In this document: in pieces, positions 11,180-23,648 of the stretch
How the letters are laid out: the number at the start of each line of letters is the position of its first letter
Numbering within the stretch: position 1 is the first letter of the stretch
NCBI RefSeq assembly: GCF_028641065.1
Contig: NC_073382.1
Coordinates: 39,494,001 to 39,558,000, forward strand
Source of the DNA: Leucoraja erinacea
Lineage: Eukaryota
Direction of reading: 5' to 3'
Length of the DNA: 64,000 nucleotides
Translations under genes and position numbers: made by a program
Notes under the pieces: generated by a model
Database searches by the model: none
What the model was told of the DNA's origin: nothing
What the model saw: the letters and a program-made list of their open reading frames with translations, nothing else

Positions 11180-12285
11180 GGAAGGAGATCGAGAACCTTG
11201 TTTCAAGAAGTCAGGGCAACAACCTAGCCTTTAACATCATCAAAACAAAACTGTTGGTTGTTGATCTAAGGCAGCCAAGGGGTAAACAGAACCCTGTCCT
11301 CATCAATAAAGCTACTGTAGTCAATGGCATCGAGTTCCAAAGCATCCATATCACCATCAATATAAACTGGTCACTTCACATTGCTTGGTGATGAAGGTTT
11401 TCCATCAGCGCATTTATGTTCTCAGGCATCTGTGAAAATTCTCTCAAACATTTACAGAGGTGCTATAGGAAGCATTCTAACGGGATGAAACTCCGGTTGG
11501 TATGACAGCTGCTCTGCTTTTGATGGCCGGAACAGCCTAGTCCGTTACATGCTACTCACCTCTTTCCAGTTCATCTTCATGGTATGTTGCATCTGGTAGA
11601 CTGAAGAACCATCAAGGAGGCCTGTCACTTTGGCCATTCCCTTCACAATCTTCTTGAAGATACAGGAGCTTGAAAACTTATTTCAGATTTAAGAACTGCA
11701 ACTTCCCCACGGCAATCTGACTTCTGATTCAGTGATCCATTTCACATTTCACTGCTACCATGTACTATTCCTCTTGACTCTACCTTATTATTTATTCTGT
11801 TATTGTTCTTTAGTATACTTTTGCACTCACATAATATGTTCATAAATGATAGGAGCAGAATTAGGCCATTCTGCCCATCAAGTCTACTCCGCCATTCAAT
11901 CATGGCTGATCTATCTCTCCCTCCTAACCCCATTCTTCTGCCTTCTCCCCATAAACCCTGACACCCATATAAACCAAGAATCTGTCTATCTCTGCTTTAA
12001 GAATATCCATTGCCTTCAGTGGCAAAGAGTCCACAGATTTATCACCTTCTGACTAAAACAATTCCTTCTCATCTTCCTAAAGGAACACCCTTTAATTCTG
12101 AGGCTATGACGTATTGTTCTAGACACTCCCAATTTTGCTCCATACGTGCTGTTTTGCATTCGTCATAGTATTTATTTTTGTATTGATTATTGCTGCACTA
12201 TACTGCTTACTCTATGAGTTTCAGGCGAAAAAGGAATTTCATTGCAGCCTGGTGTATATGACAATACACTAATCTAATCTAACCA
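11180..12285 (+). mobile_element. Old Rex1/Babar-like LINE 3' fragment, split by a CR1 tail (11835-12130, -)
   Basis: Translates to QGNNLAFNIIKTKLLVVDLR (Rex1 NNLxLNVxKTKExVVDFR); 3' end GGTGTATATGACAATA..(CTAAT)n at ~12260-12285. Confidence 0.7.
11835..12130 (-). mobile_element. CR1 3' fragment
   Basis: GCCATTCAATCATGGCTGATC is the reverse complement of the CR1 3' UTR GATCAGCCATGATTGAATGGC. Confidence 0.8.
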
Positions 12286-12473
12286 ACTGACACTTTCCAT
12301 TAGTGGCTGCCGTTCCTATCATATAGGAAACTGTTAAGATTCTTCACCATCATTTGTGACCTGTGCAATTTGATATTCTCCAGTCGATAGACAACTTAGA
12401 TGCTAGAAACTGTATGGGATAACAGAGGATTAATTGTAGTCACCAGCATGGTTCCAAGCATGATTCCAAGCAT

Positions 12474-12512
12474 GGACAGTCATGGTGGTGCAGCGGTAGA
12501 GTTGCTGCCTTA
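12474..12512 (+). mobile_element. 5' head of a tRNA-derived SINE whose body resumes at 18507
   Basis: GGTGGTGCAGCGGTAGAGTTGCTGCCTTA (A-box-like); same head as the intact copy at 37352-37657 (-). Confidence 0.8.
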
Positions 12513-13895
12513 AACCCCCTTTTCACGGGGCGACTTGACGCAAGAGGTAACCAGAGTTTAACATCGTGGGAACCTCGTGTGGTAACAGTACGGCATTCGT
12601 GGACCACCGTGGCGCTAACGGCAGGTAATCGTGTAACTTGGGTACTCGGGAAAAAATTCAAACATGTTTGAATTTGTCCAAGAGTGACTTGTACACTTGT
12701 GGTTGAGCATTGCAACATTTTATGAACGTAGTGGCCAGTGCGATATCCGTAGTAACTCTTGCGGTTACCGTGGGAACTCCTGCGAATGGTAAATCCGGAA
12801 GTTGGATAGAGGGGACTGAAAGTGAGTAAAAAAGGTGTTCTCAATGTTGCTAATTGAACATGTGTCCATCGAGGACGCCCCGCCTCATTGTAATTGTTGG
12901 AGAATCTTTTTTAACAGGAACAAGCAGAGATGGCTCCCAGATTGATGTCTGCAACTCTTCATTAACACATCACTACAAGAGGAATGTCTCTAATGTTATA
13001 ATCCCTCTCATGCTGAAACACAAAATAGTTGAAGGGAGTTGAAATAATCACATTTTTATCATTTTTCATTTCTGAGTGTTCGGGCAACTCACTTGCTGAG
13101 CTATTTTAATCCAGCAGTTTGTGTCTCTTTTTGTCTGAAAGCAGTTTCTAACTGGAGGAACTCCGCGGGCCAGGCAACATCTACGGAGGGAAATTGAGAG
13201 GCGAGCCTTTCCTCAGGCTGCCTTATCTCTCTACCCCACAACTCCCACCCACACACACAAATGCTGGAGAAACTCAGCGGGTGCAGCAGCAGCAGCATCT
13301 ATGGAACGAAGGAAATAGGCAACGTTTCGGCCCAAAAAGTTGCTTATTTCTTTTGTATGTGTTGGAAGGAACAGCAGATGCCGGTTTAAAGAGAATTAGT
13401 TCGACGGCAGGCAGCATATTTGGGGAGAAGGAATAGGTGACATTTCGGGTCGAGATCCTTCTGATATGCTGCTTGTCCCGCTGAGCTACATTTTGTGTTT
13501 ATCTTCATTTTGATCCAGCATCTGCAGTTCTTTCCTGGCCGAACCCGATTGAAAGATGAGAGGCTGGGCGATAGAAATCATTGATTTAATTAAATAACTA
13601 GATACCTGTCTAATCGTATCTACGGGATTGGACTGGCTAGATGGAGGAAGAATTTTCCCGATGTTGGGGGAGTCCAGAACCAGGGTCCCAGTTTTACAGT
13701 CTACCGTGGGAACTCTTTAATTACAGCGGGAAACCTTCAGTTTCCCAGGGGGTCGGGACGGGACTGGAGTTGGGAGGGAAAGGTGGGGGAGTCGAGGGAG
13801 AGGAGGGGGAGACAGATGGGGGTGTCTTCATTTACTGGCGGTGGGTGTCTGTCACTGAAACAGGCAGATGAGATTTCGCATCCACCTTGTGTGTG

Positions 13896-13939
<44 letters not shown>

Positions 13940-14895
13940 CCTCCCTCTCACACAGGCATGAATGGATGAACTCCGCGGGCCAGGCAGCATTTACGGAGGG
14001 AAATGGACAGGCGACCCATTCTTCAGGCTGCCTTATGTCTCTCTCCACCCCAACTCCCACCCACACACGCGAATGCTGGAGAAACTCCGCGGGTGCAGCA
14101 GCATCTATGGAACGAAGGAAATAGACAACGTTTCGGCCCCGCTGCACCCGCTGAGTTTCTCCAGCATTCGAGTGTGTGGGTGGGAGTTGGGGGGAGAGAG
14201 ACATAAGGCAGCCTGAAGAATGGGTCGCCTGTCCATTTCCCTCCGTAAATGCTGCCTGGCCCGCAGAGTTCCTCCAGTTATGCCTGTGTGAGAGGGAGGG
14301 AGGGAGAGAGAGAGAGAGAGAGAGAGGGGCAGTCCTGGTCTGTCCTTTGAAGATAGACACCAGTTGCTTGGAGCAACTCAGCGGGACAGGCAGCATCTCG
14401 GGAGAGAAGGAACGGGTGGCATTTCGGGTCGAGAGCCTTCTCAGACTGTAAGTTTCACCTCTCAGTAGATCATAAAATAACACAATCATCACGGTCAATG
14501 TGAGACACAGTCATTATTCATATTTGACAAAATAAAAAGACGACTTCTTGCACATATTGAGAGAAGGTGCATCACACCAAACAACATTTGTCTAAAAAAA
14601 CACAGATTATTCTTCAGCTCATTAAAGAGCTCGGGTGAAAAAAAACAATATAGTGTGTGACAACAAAGTAACATCATTTGTGCCACATGATTAACTACAC
14701 TACAGTCCACAATGTTCATTCACGATTAACGGGAAAGATCGGGAGACGGACAAGTCACTCGCACAAATGACAGAATTGCAGAGTACCGTGGGAACTCTTT
14801 ACTCTACCCCCGTTATATCGTGTGATATCGTGCTAGACCACGACCACTCCACTCTGGCTACATCTTGCGTCAAGTCGCCCCGTGAAAAAGGGCTA
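12513..14895. mobile_element. Non-autonomous PIF/Harbinger-type DNA transposon, 2.4 kb
   Basis: About 45-bp TIRs AACCCCCTTTTCACGGGGCGACTTGACGCAAGA / TCTTGCGTCAAGTCGCCCCGTGAAAAAGGGCTA; TTA TSD at 12510-12512 and 14896-14898. Confidence 0.85.
13913..14326. repeat. About 186-bp-arm inverted repeat (41-nt loop) built from Penelope-terminal-like sequence, bounded by (CT)n/(AG)n
   Basis: 13913-14099 is the reverse complement of 14141-14326 with few mismatches; a third, direct partial copy lies at 13150-13335. Confidence 0.9.
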
Positions 14896-14898
14896 TTA

Positions 14899-17800
14899 CA
14901 AGGCAAGGCAAGGCAAGTTTATTTGTATAGCACCTTTCAACAACAAGGTGATTCAAAGTGCTCTAAATAAAACATTAAAAGCATTGGAAAGATACACATA
15001 TAAAATAACATTTAGATTTAAAACGATTATTAGATTATTCAGATAAAATAATTACAAAATTAAAAGCAATCAAATAAAATATTTAAAATAAAATAAAACC
15101 AGGAATAGAAGTTACAGTGCAGTATAGGTAATTAATAAATTCTATTGTTTACTGAAAGGCAGCGGCAAACAGAAAAGTCTTCAGTCTAGATTTAAAAGAG
15201 CTGAGAGTTGCAGCAGACCTGCAGTTTTCTGGGAGTTTGTTCCAGATATGTGGTGCATAAAAACTAAATGCTGCCTCTCCGTGTTTAGTTCTGACTCTGG
15301 GGACACAGAGCAGACCTGTCCCAGACGATCTGAGAGGTCTGGGTGGTTCGTAGCTAAGCAGAAGATCAGAAATGTATTTTGGCCCTAAACCATTCAGTGC
15401 TTTGTAAACCAACAGTAGTGTTTTGAAATCAATTATTTGGCAGACAGGAAGCCAGTGTAAAGACCTCAGAACTGGAGTAATGCGATCTACTTTTTTGGTC
15501 TTAGCGAGGACTCGAGCAGCAGCTTTCTGAATTAACTGCAGCTGTCTGATCGACTTTTTAGGGAGACCTGTAAAGACACTGTTACAGTAGTCGAGCCTGC
15601 TGAAGATAGTTGAAGTTCAGGTCTGAGTCCATGACTACTCCTAAGTTTCTGGCTTGGTTTGTTGTTTTTAGCATTACCATTTGAAGCTGGGTGCTAACTT
15701 TTAATCGTTCTTCCTTGGCTCCAAAAACAATTATTTCAGTTTTTTCTTTGTTTAATTGGAGAAAATTCTGGTTCATCCAATCGTTGATTTGCTCAATGCA
15801 TCTACTCAGTGCTTGTATTGGACTATAGTCTCCTGGTGATATTGTTATGTAGATTTGTGTATCGTCTGCGTAACTATGGTAACATATTTTGATGTTTTTC
15901 ATGATCTGAGCCAGTGGAAGCATGTAGATGTTAAACAGAAGAGGCCCCAGAATGGAGCCCTGGGGAACTCCACATGTAATTTTTGCACGCTCAGATGTGT
16001 AATTACCTTTAGACACAAAGTAGTCCCTGTCCTTCAAGTAGGATTCAAACCATTTTAATGCTGTGCCCGAAAGTCCCACCCAGTTTTCCAGACGGTCTAG
16101 TAATATGTTGTGATCGACTGTGTCGAATGCAGCACTGAGATCTAGTAATACTAAGACTGAAATTTTGCCATTGTCTGTGTTTAAGTGAATGTCATTGAAG
16201 ACCTTAACAAGAGCCGTCTCGGTGCTGTGGTGTGGTCTAAATCCTGACTGGAAGACATCAAAACAGCTGTTCATTAACATGAAATTGTTCAGCTGCTTAA
16301 AAACAGCTTTTTCAATGATTTTATTGAGAAATGGGAGGTTTGATATTGGTCTATAATTTTTCAGTAGTGAGGAGTCTAAGTTGTTCTTTTTTAAGAGAGG
16401 CTTGATAACAGCAGTTTCAGGGCCTGTGGGAAGACACCTGAGAGAAGGGACGTGTTTACAATCTGTAGAAGGTCTGAGGTCATGCAGTTTGATACACCTT
16501 TGAAAAGGCTTGTTGGTAGAATATCGAGGCAGCAGGAGGAGGATTTCAAATGTTGTATAATGTCCTCCAAGGTTTTATGGTTAATAACATAAAATTGTGT
16601 CATGGTATTTGAATTGATTATCAGTGGAAACATGGACAACACATGTCCTGCACCTGATGTGGAGGCACTGACTGCTTGCCTAATTTTCTGAATTTTGTCA
16701 GTGAAGAAGAAGGCAAATTCATTACAGGCCCTTGTGGAAAGCAGTTCAGGGGCTACTGACACAGGAGGGTTAGCCTGTCGATAGTAGTAAACAAGGCCCG
16801 TGCATTATTATTGGTTTTGGCAATGATGTCAGAGAAGAAGGATTGCCTTGCATTTCTCAGTTCCAAGTTGTAGATTCGAAGTCTTTCTTTATAGATGTAA
16901 TAGTGAATCTGGAGATTTGTTTTCCGCCACCTACGTTCAGCTTTCCGACACTCTCTTTATTCAATTTTTACCAACATGGCGTTTCTCCATGGAGACTTCT
17001 TTTTGCTAGGGACCACTTTCACCTTAGTGGGTGCAATGGCATCAATAATATTTGTAATTGTCACATTGAAATTATCGACAAGCTCATTTACTGAGACCCA
17101 AGGGAGAGTGGGCGTGGAGGAGAAAGCCTGAATAAATGTTCCACAGGTGTTTTCTGTTATGTACCGTTTTGTAGGTAGGCATGCAGGTGCAGCAGGCAGT
17201 AAAGAAAGCGAATGGTATGTTGGCTTTCATTGCAAAAGGATTTGAGTATAGGAGCAGAGAGGTTCTACTGCAGTTGTACAGGGTCTTGGTGAGACCACAC
17301 CTGGAGTATTGCGTACAGTTTTGGTCTCCAAATCTGAGGAAGGACATTATTGCCATAGAGGGAGTGCAGAGACGGTTCACCAGACTGATTCCTGGGATGT
17401 CAGGACTGTCTTATGAAGAAAGACTGGATAGACTTGGTTTATACTCTCTAGAATTTAGAAGATTGAGAGGGGATCTTATAGAAACTTACAAAATTCTTAA
17501 GGGGTTGGACAGTCTAGATGCAGGAAGATTGTTCCCGATGTTAGGGAAGTCCAGGACAAGGGGTCACAGCTTAAGGATAAAGGGGAAATCCTTTAAAACC
17601 GAGATGAGAAGGACTTTTTTCACGCAGAGAGTGGTGAATCTCTGGAACTCTCTGCCACAGAGGGTAGTTGAGGCCACTTCATTGGCTATATTTAAGAGGG
17701 AGTTAGATGTGGCCCTTGTGGCTAAGGGGATCAGGGGGTATGGAGAGAAGGCAGGTACGGGATACTGAGTTGGATGATCAGCCATGATCATATTGAATGG

Positions 17801-18507
17801 CGGTGCAGGCTCGAAGGGCCGAATGGCCTACTCCTGCACCTAATTTCTATGTTTCTATGTTTCTATGTTGTGATTACTTTTCTTTGAACATTAGTCTGCA
17901 CAGAGATAGCACTCAAAGAAAACACAGGAATGATTAGAGAGAGCAGCATCAATCACAACAACCTTAGAAATGCTAACACCCTTGGACATGACTAAGTCAA
18001 GAGTGTGACCTTTGTTGTGTGTAGGCTCCGTCACATGCTGATTCAGTCCATAGTTATCAATGACACAATACAGTTCTTTAGTCCCTTTGTCATGGAGATT
18101 GTCAACATAAAAACAATAACTAAACAGTCAAAGTCAATACAGATTGTAGACAGTAGTTCAGAAAATTCGTCAAAAAAGGCTGCACAGTATTTAGGTGGCC
18201 TGTAGACATTTAGGAACATAACTCGGGAAGAAGAGTTCAACTTAACAGCCACATATTCAAATAAGGCAAAGTTTCCATAAGATATCTGCTTGCATTCGAG
18301 GGAATCATGAAACGGCCACCCCTCCTCCTTTCTTATGCACTTTGGCCTTACTTATAAAACTGAAGCTGGGAGGAGATGATTCAATAAGAACAGCAGCACT
18401 GTTGTTTTGATCCAACCAGGTTTCAGTTAAGAACAAACAATCAAGATCGTGCCTGATAATAAAATCATTGATTAAAAATGTTTTTCCTGCCAAAGACCTG
18501 ACATTTA
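14899..18507 (-). mobile_element. L2-clade LINE (second family), disrupted ORF2, interrupted by CR1
   Basis: LNVRSL / FLTETW / GGGVA (18305-18507), [46 protein letters not shown]; (GCCTT)n tail at 14899-14916. Confidence 0.95.
17173..17868 (+). mobile_element. Young CR1 LINE, 5'-truncated
   Basis: Open 195-aa ORF with VRPHLEYCVQFWSP, RLRGDLIETYK, TRGH, FFTQRVVNLWNSLP; (TTTCTATG)3 tail. Confidence 0.95.
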
Positions 18508-18770
18508 ATGCAGCGCTGGAGACCCGGGTTCGATACCGACTGCGGGTTCCGTCTGTACGGAGTTGGTATGTTCTCCCCGTCACCTGCATGGGTTTTGTCT
18601 GAGATCTTCGGTTTACTCCCATACTCCAAAGACGTACAGGTTTGTAGGTTAATTGGCTTGGTAAATGAAAAAAATGTCCCTAGTGGGCATAGGATGGTGT
18701 TAATGTGCGTGGATCGCTGGTCGGCGCGGAGCCGGTGGGTCGCTGTATCTCTAAACAAAACTAAACTAAA
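18507..18770 (+). mobile_element. Body and tail of the split tRNA-derived SINE
   Basis: B-box GGTTCGATACC, central TTCTCCCCGT..TGGGTTT..CCCATACTCCAAAGAC domain, (CTAAA)n tail. Confidence 0.85.
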
Positions 18771-19194
18771 CCAATGCTCCATTTTGAACTGAGGACTGCT
18801 TCTTTGTTACAATGCCCACTTTAAATTAAATATAACTGTAAAGAAATTAAACAGATTTTGTTGTAAATTGGCAAGTTAGAAAATTGTGTTTCTACTCTGT
18901 AATTTAAATTCAAATGAATGGTATCTTATTTTTAATTGGAATGTTCGTGACACCGCAGACTTGATTTAGTTCAAACCAGTCTGTGATTTTAGTTTTTCTG
19001 AATAACATTAGTGAAACATATTCTGAATAACAATAGTGAAACATATTAACTGAAAATGACAGACCGAATGAAACCGAGAAAAGAGAAAACTTCAATTTAT
19101 TTCTAAAGTTAAAATCAAAGCATTTATTTAAAATTTTCAGAACAGGATTTCTTTCATGAGTAAATTATAATGCTGGGAATCTGAAATTTTAAAA

Positions 19195-19380
19195 AGACAG
19201 AAAATGCTGGGAAAAGCTGATTTGGTCAGGGCAGGCAACATCTGGGGACAGAGATACATTTACTCAGAGACCCTTCTTAGCACTTAGCTAAGGAAGGGTA
19301 TTGACCTGAAACGTCACCCTTTCCTTCTCTCCAGAGATACTGCCTGTAGTTACTCTAGGACTGTGTGTATATCTTCAAAA
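19195..19380. repeat. Degenerate Penelope-terminal palindromic repeat
   Basis: AAATGCTGG...CCCTTCTT..GAAGGG..CCTGAAACGTCACC..TCTCCAGAGA, the same family as 23490, 37660, 46680 and 54940. Confidence 0.65.
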
Positions 19381-19783
19381 GGAAAATGTCCGGCATTGGT
19401 TAAGATGATTTAGTCATTGAATGGACAGCTAAACGTCTATATATCTGCAATGTGTTACTAATGTTGCATGTGTAGCATCAAGTATCAATTATTAAATAAA
19501 TTCAGAATTAAAATCACATAAGAAATTTTATGAACCAGAATTTCATAATGGGCTTGTATAATGGTTAAAGTGGTAAATTAATGTGGAAGATTCTTCTTCC
19601 AGTTAAGGGGCTACAACAAATACAAAAAAAGGAGGTATTAAATGTTTCATCCTTAAATTATTTAAATTGCCATGTTGGGACATTTTGAGTAATTTTGATT
19701 ATTTAGATATTAAGATTTGAGAAATGTTGGATAAATTTAACTTTAATTTCATAAGTTGTATTCTTTGGGAATTTTGTATTTTA

Positions 19784-21143
19784 CTTAACTAAGTGTGAGC
19801 CCTTGGGTCCCAGTCATAAGGGATGCCTGGTCCCCCAACGCAACCCATTCCTCAATGCAATATTCCATCATTCACCCGTTCCCCCAATGCAACCCCTTCC
19901 ACCAACACAATATTCCGCCATTCACCCAAAGCCCCTCACTGCATAGGCGCCGCTCATTTCCTCTCATCCCCCAACACTCCCTCCCACTCCTCTTCATGTG
20001 TGGGAGGGGGAGGGGGGGGAGAGGGGGAAAGGGGTGTGTTGAGGGGGGGTGTAGGAGGGGGGGGGGGGGGGGGTGTGGTGGGAGGGGGGTGTGGCGTGGG
20101 AGTGGAGGGGGGGTGGTGGGGGGGTGGCTGAGAGGGGTGTGGAAGGGGAGAGGGGGAGGAGGGATGTGGGATGGGGAGGAGGGATGGGGAGGGGGAGGGG
20201 GGTGGTGTGTGTGGGGAGGATGGTGTATTGGCAAGGGGGTGGGTGGGTGGGAAGAGGGTGTGTGTGGGAGGGATTGCGGTGTCTGTGGGCAGAGAAGGGT
20301 GTGTGTGTGGTCGTGGAGGGGTGAGTGTGTGGGCGGGGATGTGTGTGTGCGGGGAGGGGTGTGTGTGGGTGGGGAGAGGTGTGTTGGAGGGGGTGGGGGT
20401 TGTGTAGGTGGGGAGGGGGTTGTGTGGGAAGGGGTGTGTAGGTGAGGGTGCTTAAGTTGCGGGGGAAGGGGTGGGGGGGGGGGTGTGGGGAGGGATATGG
20501 GGGCGGAGGGTGGTGGTTTGTTGGGGGGAGGGGGGGTGTATGGGCGGGGGTGTGTACGGGGAGCAGGGGGGGAGGGGGGTACAGAGCTCAGAAAATGTGG
20601 GGAAGAGCCATGGGGGTGAGGGGGGTATCATTGAGGAGGAGAGCAGGAGTCAGCGAGGGGGACCGGAGGGGAAGAGGCTGGAGCTGACGGTGCGATGGGG
20701 ACTCACAGCGGGCACTGGTTGCTGATCATTCTCCTCCGCTGGGATTAGTGTCTCAACCCTTCATTTGACGACATCGGCAACATCTCCGACTCCAAGTTGC
20801 GCCGCTTCCAGTCCCTCCAAAAATTGTGTTCAGTTGGGGACCTCCGCCAGCCATCCTCAGTTCCAGGAAAGACGCGATGGCACATGAAGGGGCAGACCGT
20901 CCCAGGGAGTGGCAGGACCAATCCACATGGCGATGGCTGGCAGGAGAGTAGATCGATCTGCGCATGCGTTGTTTTTAAGATTAAGTTTTAAACCTTGCTA
21001 ACTTTTACAATATACCATAGACAAAACTTTTTGCACTCGCTGGCGAAAAATTGTAGCGCTATCACGTACCGTTTTTGCACAATTAATAAAAACGCACAAT
21101 CCGGAAGAGCACAAGGTCAGAGTTTTAGTTATGCAGAGATAGA
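19784..21143 (-). mobile_element. Non-autonomous Helitron with a G/C-rich low-complexity core
   Basis: Minus strand begins TCTATCTCTGCATAACTAAAACTCTGACCTTG and ends GCGTTGGGGGACCAG..CTGGGACCCAAGGGCTCACACTTAGTTAAG, matching both ends of the 52393-54555 family. Confidence 0.75.
20000..20690 (+). repeat. G-rich low-complexity tract (G-quadruplex-prone)
   Basis: Dense G3-G17 runs. Confidence 0.9.
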
Positions 21144-21794
21144 TTCCAATGTTCTTGTCTTGTTTCACAAGTAACATTGCAGTGAATTCTAATACATCAT
21201 TTTAATCCATTGTTCTCCTAAGCAGAGGCCCCATGGATTTTGTTATTTTTCTTAGAGAATCAGGTGACAGGCACACAGCAGTAAAGGAATAGGTATAAGA
21301 ATGCAAGAACATTGCTGCAGAGAGAGATCACAGTGCTGATTCTGACTCCATGCATTGTCTGTAGAGACTTGGACTTTCAGGGTTGGATGTTATTTTCCAG
21401 AAGAAATTACACAAGAAAAAGAATCAACTGGTGTAATGAAAAGTGGAAAAGTATATTTTGTGATCAAAAATAGTGTTGATCCGAGAAATAAAAAAATAAC
21501 TTCATAGTGAATGAAACTAACAATCCAAGAAGAGTTTAACATTTTAATCATCTTAATTGTATGTAGCGGCCAAGCCCATCCTTCTTACTGGTACAAAGTA
21601 TTGCTAAATTATCAATCAAAAATACCTTAATAATGTGCATTGAATGTATATCTATATTTCCTATTTTGATATTGCACCTGGCAGCAATGATCCTCCAGTG
21701 CTCGTGTATAAGATTAAGAGGTAACTAATGGCATGTATAAAATTGATGAGAGAAAGTGATTGAAGGAAGCGGAAAGAGCCATGTGTGGATGCGG

Positions 21795-23143
21795 CGCCAA
21801 TGGACGAGAAGCCGATGCAAAGAAGAGGAAGCCAAATAACCAAAAGTAAACAAAGCCAAAACGCCAAATAACCGAATGGAAACAAATCCGAAAAGCCAAC
21901 TAACCGAAAGGGTGGGACGCCTAAATGCAAACTAACCGAAAGGGCGGGATGCCTAAAAGCCAACTAGCACCTCTGTGGGAAAATGACCCCCATGCTCCTG
22001 TCTCCCCTTCTCTCTCTCCCTTCTCTCTCTCCCCCTTCTCCCTTTCCCCTTCTCTCTCTCCCTCCTCTCACCCCCNNNNNNNNNNNNNNNNNNNNNNNNN
22101 NNNNNNNNNNNNNNNNNNNNNNNNNNNNNNNNNNNNNNNNNNNNNNNNNNNNNNNNNNNNNNNNNNNNNNNNNNNNNNNNNNNNNNNNNNNNNNNNNNNN
22201 NNNNNNNNNNNNNNNNNNNNNNNNNNNNNNNNNNNNNNNNNNNNNNNNNNNNNNNNNNNNNNTTCTCTCTCTCCCCCCTCTCATTGCCTTCTCTCTTTCT
22301 CTCCCCTCTCTCCTCTCTCTCCCCTCCTCTCTCTCCCCACTCTCTCTCCTCTCTCTCCCCTTTTCTCTTTCTCTACCCGCTTCTCTCTCTCCCCTCACTC
22401 TCTCCCCCTTCTCTATCCATTCTCTCTCTCCCCTCCTCTCTTTCACTCCCCTCTTTTCTCTCTCCTCCTCGCTCTCCCCCTCCTCTCTCTCCCCCTCTCT
22501 CTCTCCCTTCTCTCTCTCTCCCCCCTCTCTCTCCCCCTTCTCTCTCTCATCCTCTCTCCTCCCCTTGACTCTGGGTGGGCGGAGGGACCAGCCTGTCCCC
22601 AACTCTGCTCCCCCCAGCCACCACCTGACCCACAGCCTGTCACAGTGCAGCCGCATTGGGGAGATGAGGCGGAGAGTGGCTGTGGGAGAGTGGGGGCTGT
22701 CCCAAAGGATGCGCACCTTCTCCCGCTTACAACTTGGTGGTTGGGTTCAGATTGTCCAGTCCCCTATGGATTGTGTGGGAAAATGACCCCCACCCTCCCG
22801 CCGGTGGAGACGAGAGAGTGAAGGAGAGAGAGGATGGAGAGAAGGGGGGAGGAAAAGGGAGAGGGAGAGAGAGAAGGGGGAGAGAATGAGAGAAGGGAGA
22901 GAGGAGGGGAGGAGAGAGGAGGCGAGATAGAAGGGTGAGGGAGGGGGAGAGAGAAAGGGGAGAGAAAGAGAAGGGAGAGAGGGGGGGAGAGAGAGAGGAG
23001 GGGAGAGAGAGAAGGGGGTTCTGTTGAGCGGCATTCGGTCCGTTGACTTGTAGGCGATGCCGCCTTTCGGGTAGGTGGCGTTTCGGCACAGCGGCCATTC
23101 GGTGAGTTTGCTTAAGGCGATGCAGCCTTTCGGTAAGCCATTG
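21795..23143. repeat. Possible foldback-like non-autonomous element with inverted subterminal CCGAA/TTCGG repeats and CT/AG tracts
   Basis: Left end has repeated (A)CCGAA(A)/GCCTAAA motifs, right end has TTCGG/TAGGC motifs; internal direct repeat TGTGGGAAAATGACCCCCA at 21974 and 22775. No clear TSD. Confidence 0.45.
22076..22262. other. Assembly gap (N) within a CT-rich tract
   Basis: Run of n. Confidence 1.
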
Positions 23144-23489
23144 TGGCTCAGGAGTGGGAAAAACAAGTGGCTCAATCAGCAAGGCACTGGTAAATGCTTG
23201 TTAGGAAATTGTTGTGAAATAATCATGATAAAGTTAATACACACTGGAAATCTTTTGAGAAATCTAAGTTAAAGATGAAGAGAAATGTACAATAATTAAA
23301 TTGGGCCTATTTAAAGACCCAAAAATAGGGCACAAGCAAAAATATGAATTTGAAAGGTGTCCTGAAGAACCTAAGGGTGATGCCACATGTCAATTTTCTT
23401 TCTCTGCACCATTATTTTGCTTTCATTATATATCTATGGCATACACAATGAACATGCTTTGAAAACATGATTCTTCTCTCTCCGAATTC

Positions 23490-23648
23490 CTTTCTTCTCC
23501 CCCCCCCCCACCCTCACATCAGTCCGAAGAAGGGTCTCGACCCGAAATGTCCCCTATTTCCTTCGCTTCATGGATGCTGCTTCATCCGCTGAGTTTCTCC
23601 AGCATTTTTGACTACCTTCGATTTTCCAGCATCTGCAGTTCCTTCTTA
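23490..23648 (+). mobile_element. Penelope-like terminal repeat with a mutated hammerhead core
   Basis: CAGTCCGAAGAAGGGTCTCGACCCGAAATGTC followed by GATGCTGC..CCGCTGAGTTTCTCCAGCA..GCATCTGCAGTTCC. Confidence 0.75.

Noticed and set aside
19795-20725. Gly/Pro-rich ORFs
   Set aside because: By-products of the G-rich low-complexity tract.
21288-21473. Open stretch ending RKRINWCNEKWKSIFCDQK, faintly Tc1-like
   Set aside because: Too degenerate and no TIRs found; not called.
21925-23182. Long ORFs of 140-298 aa (also 25275-26108)
   Set aside because: They run through N gaps or CT/AG/CACT simple repeats.
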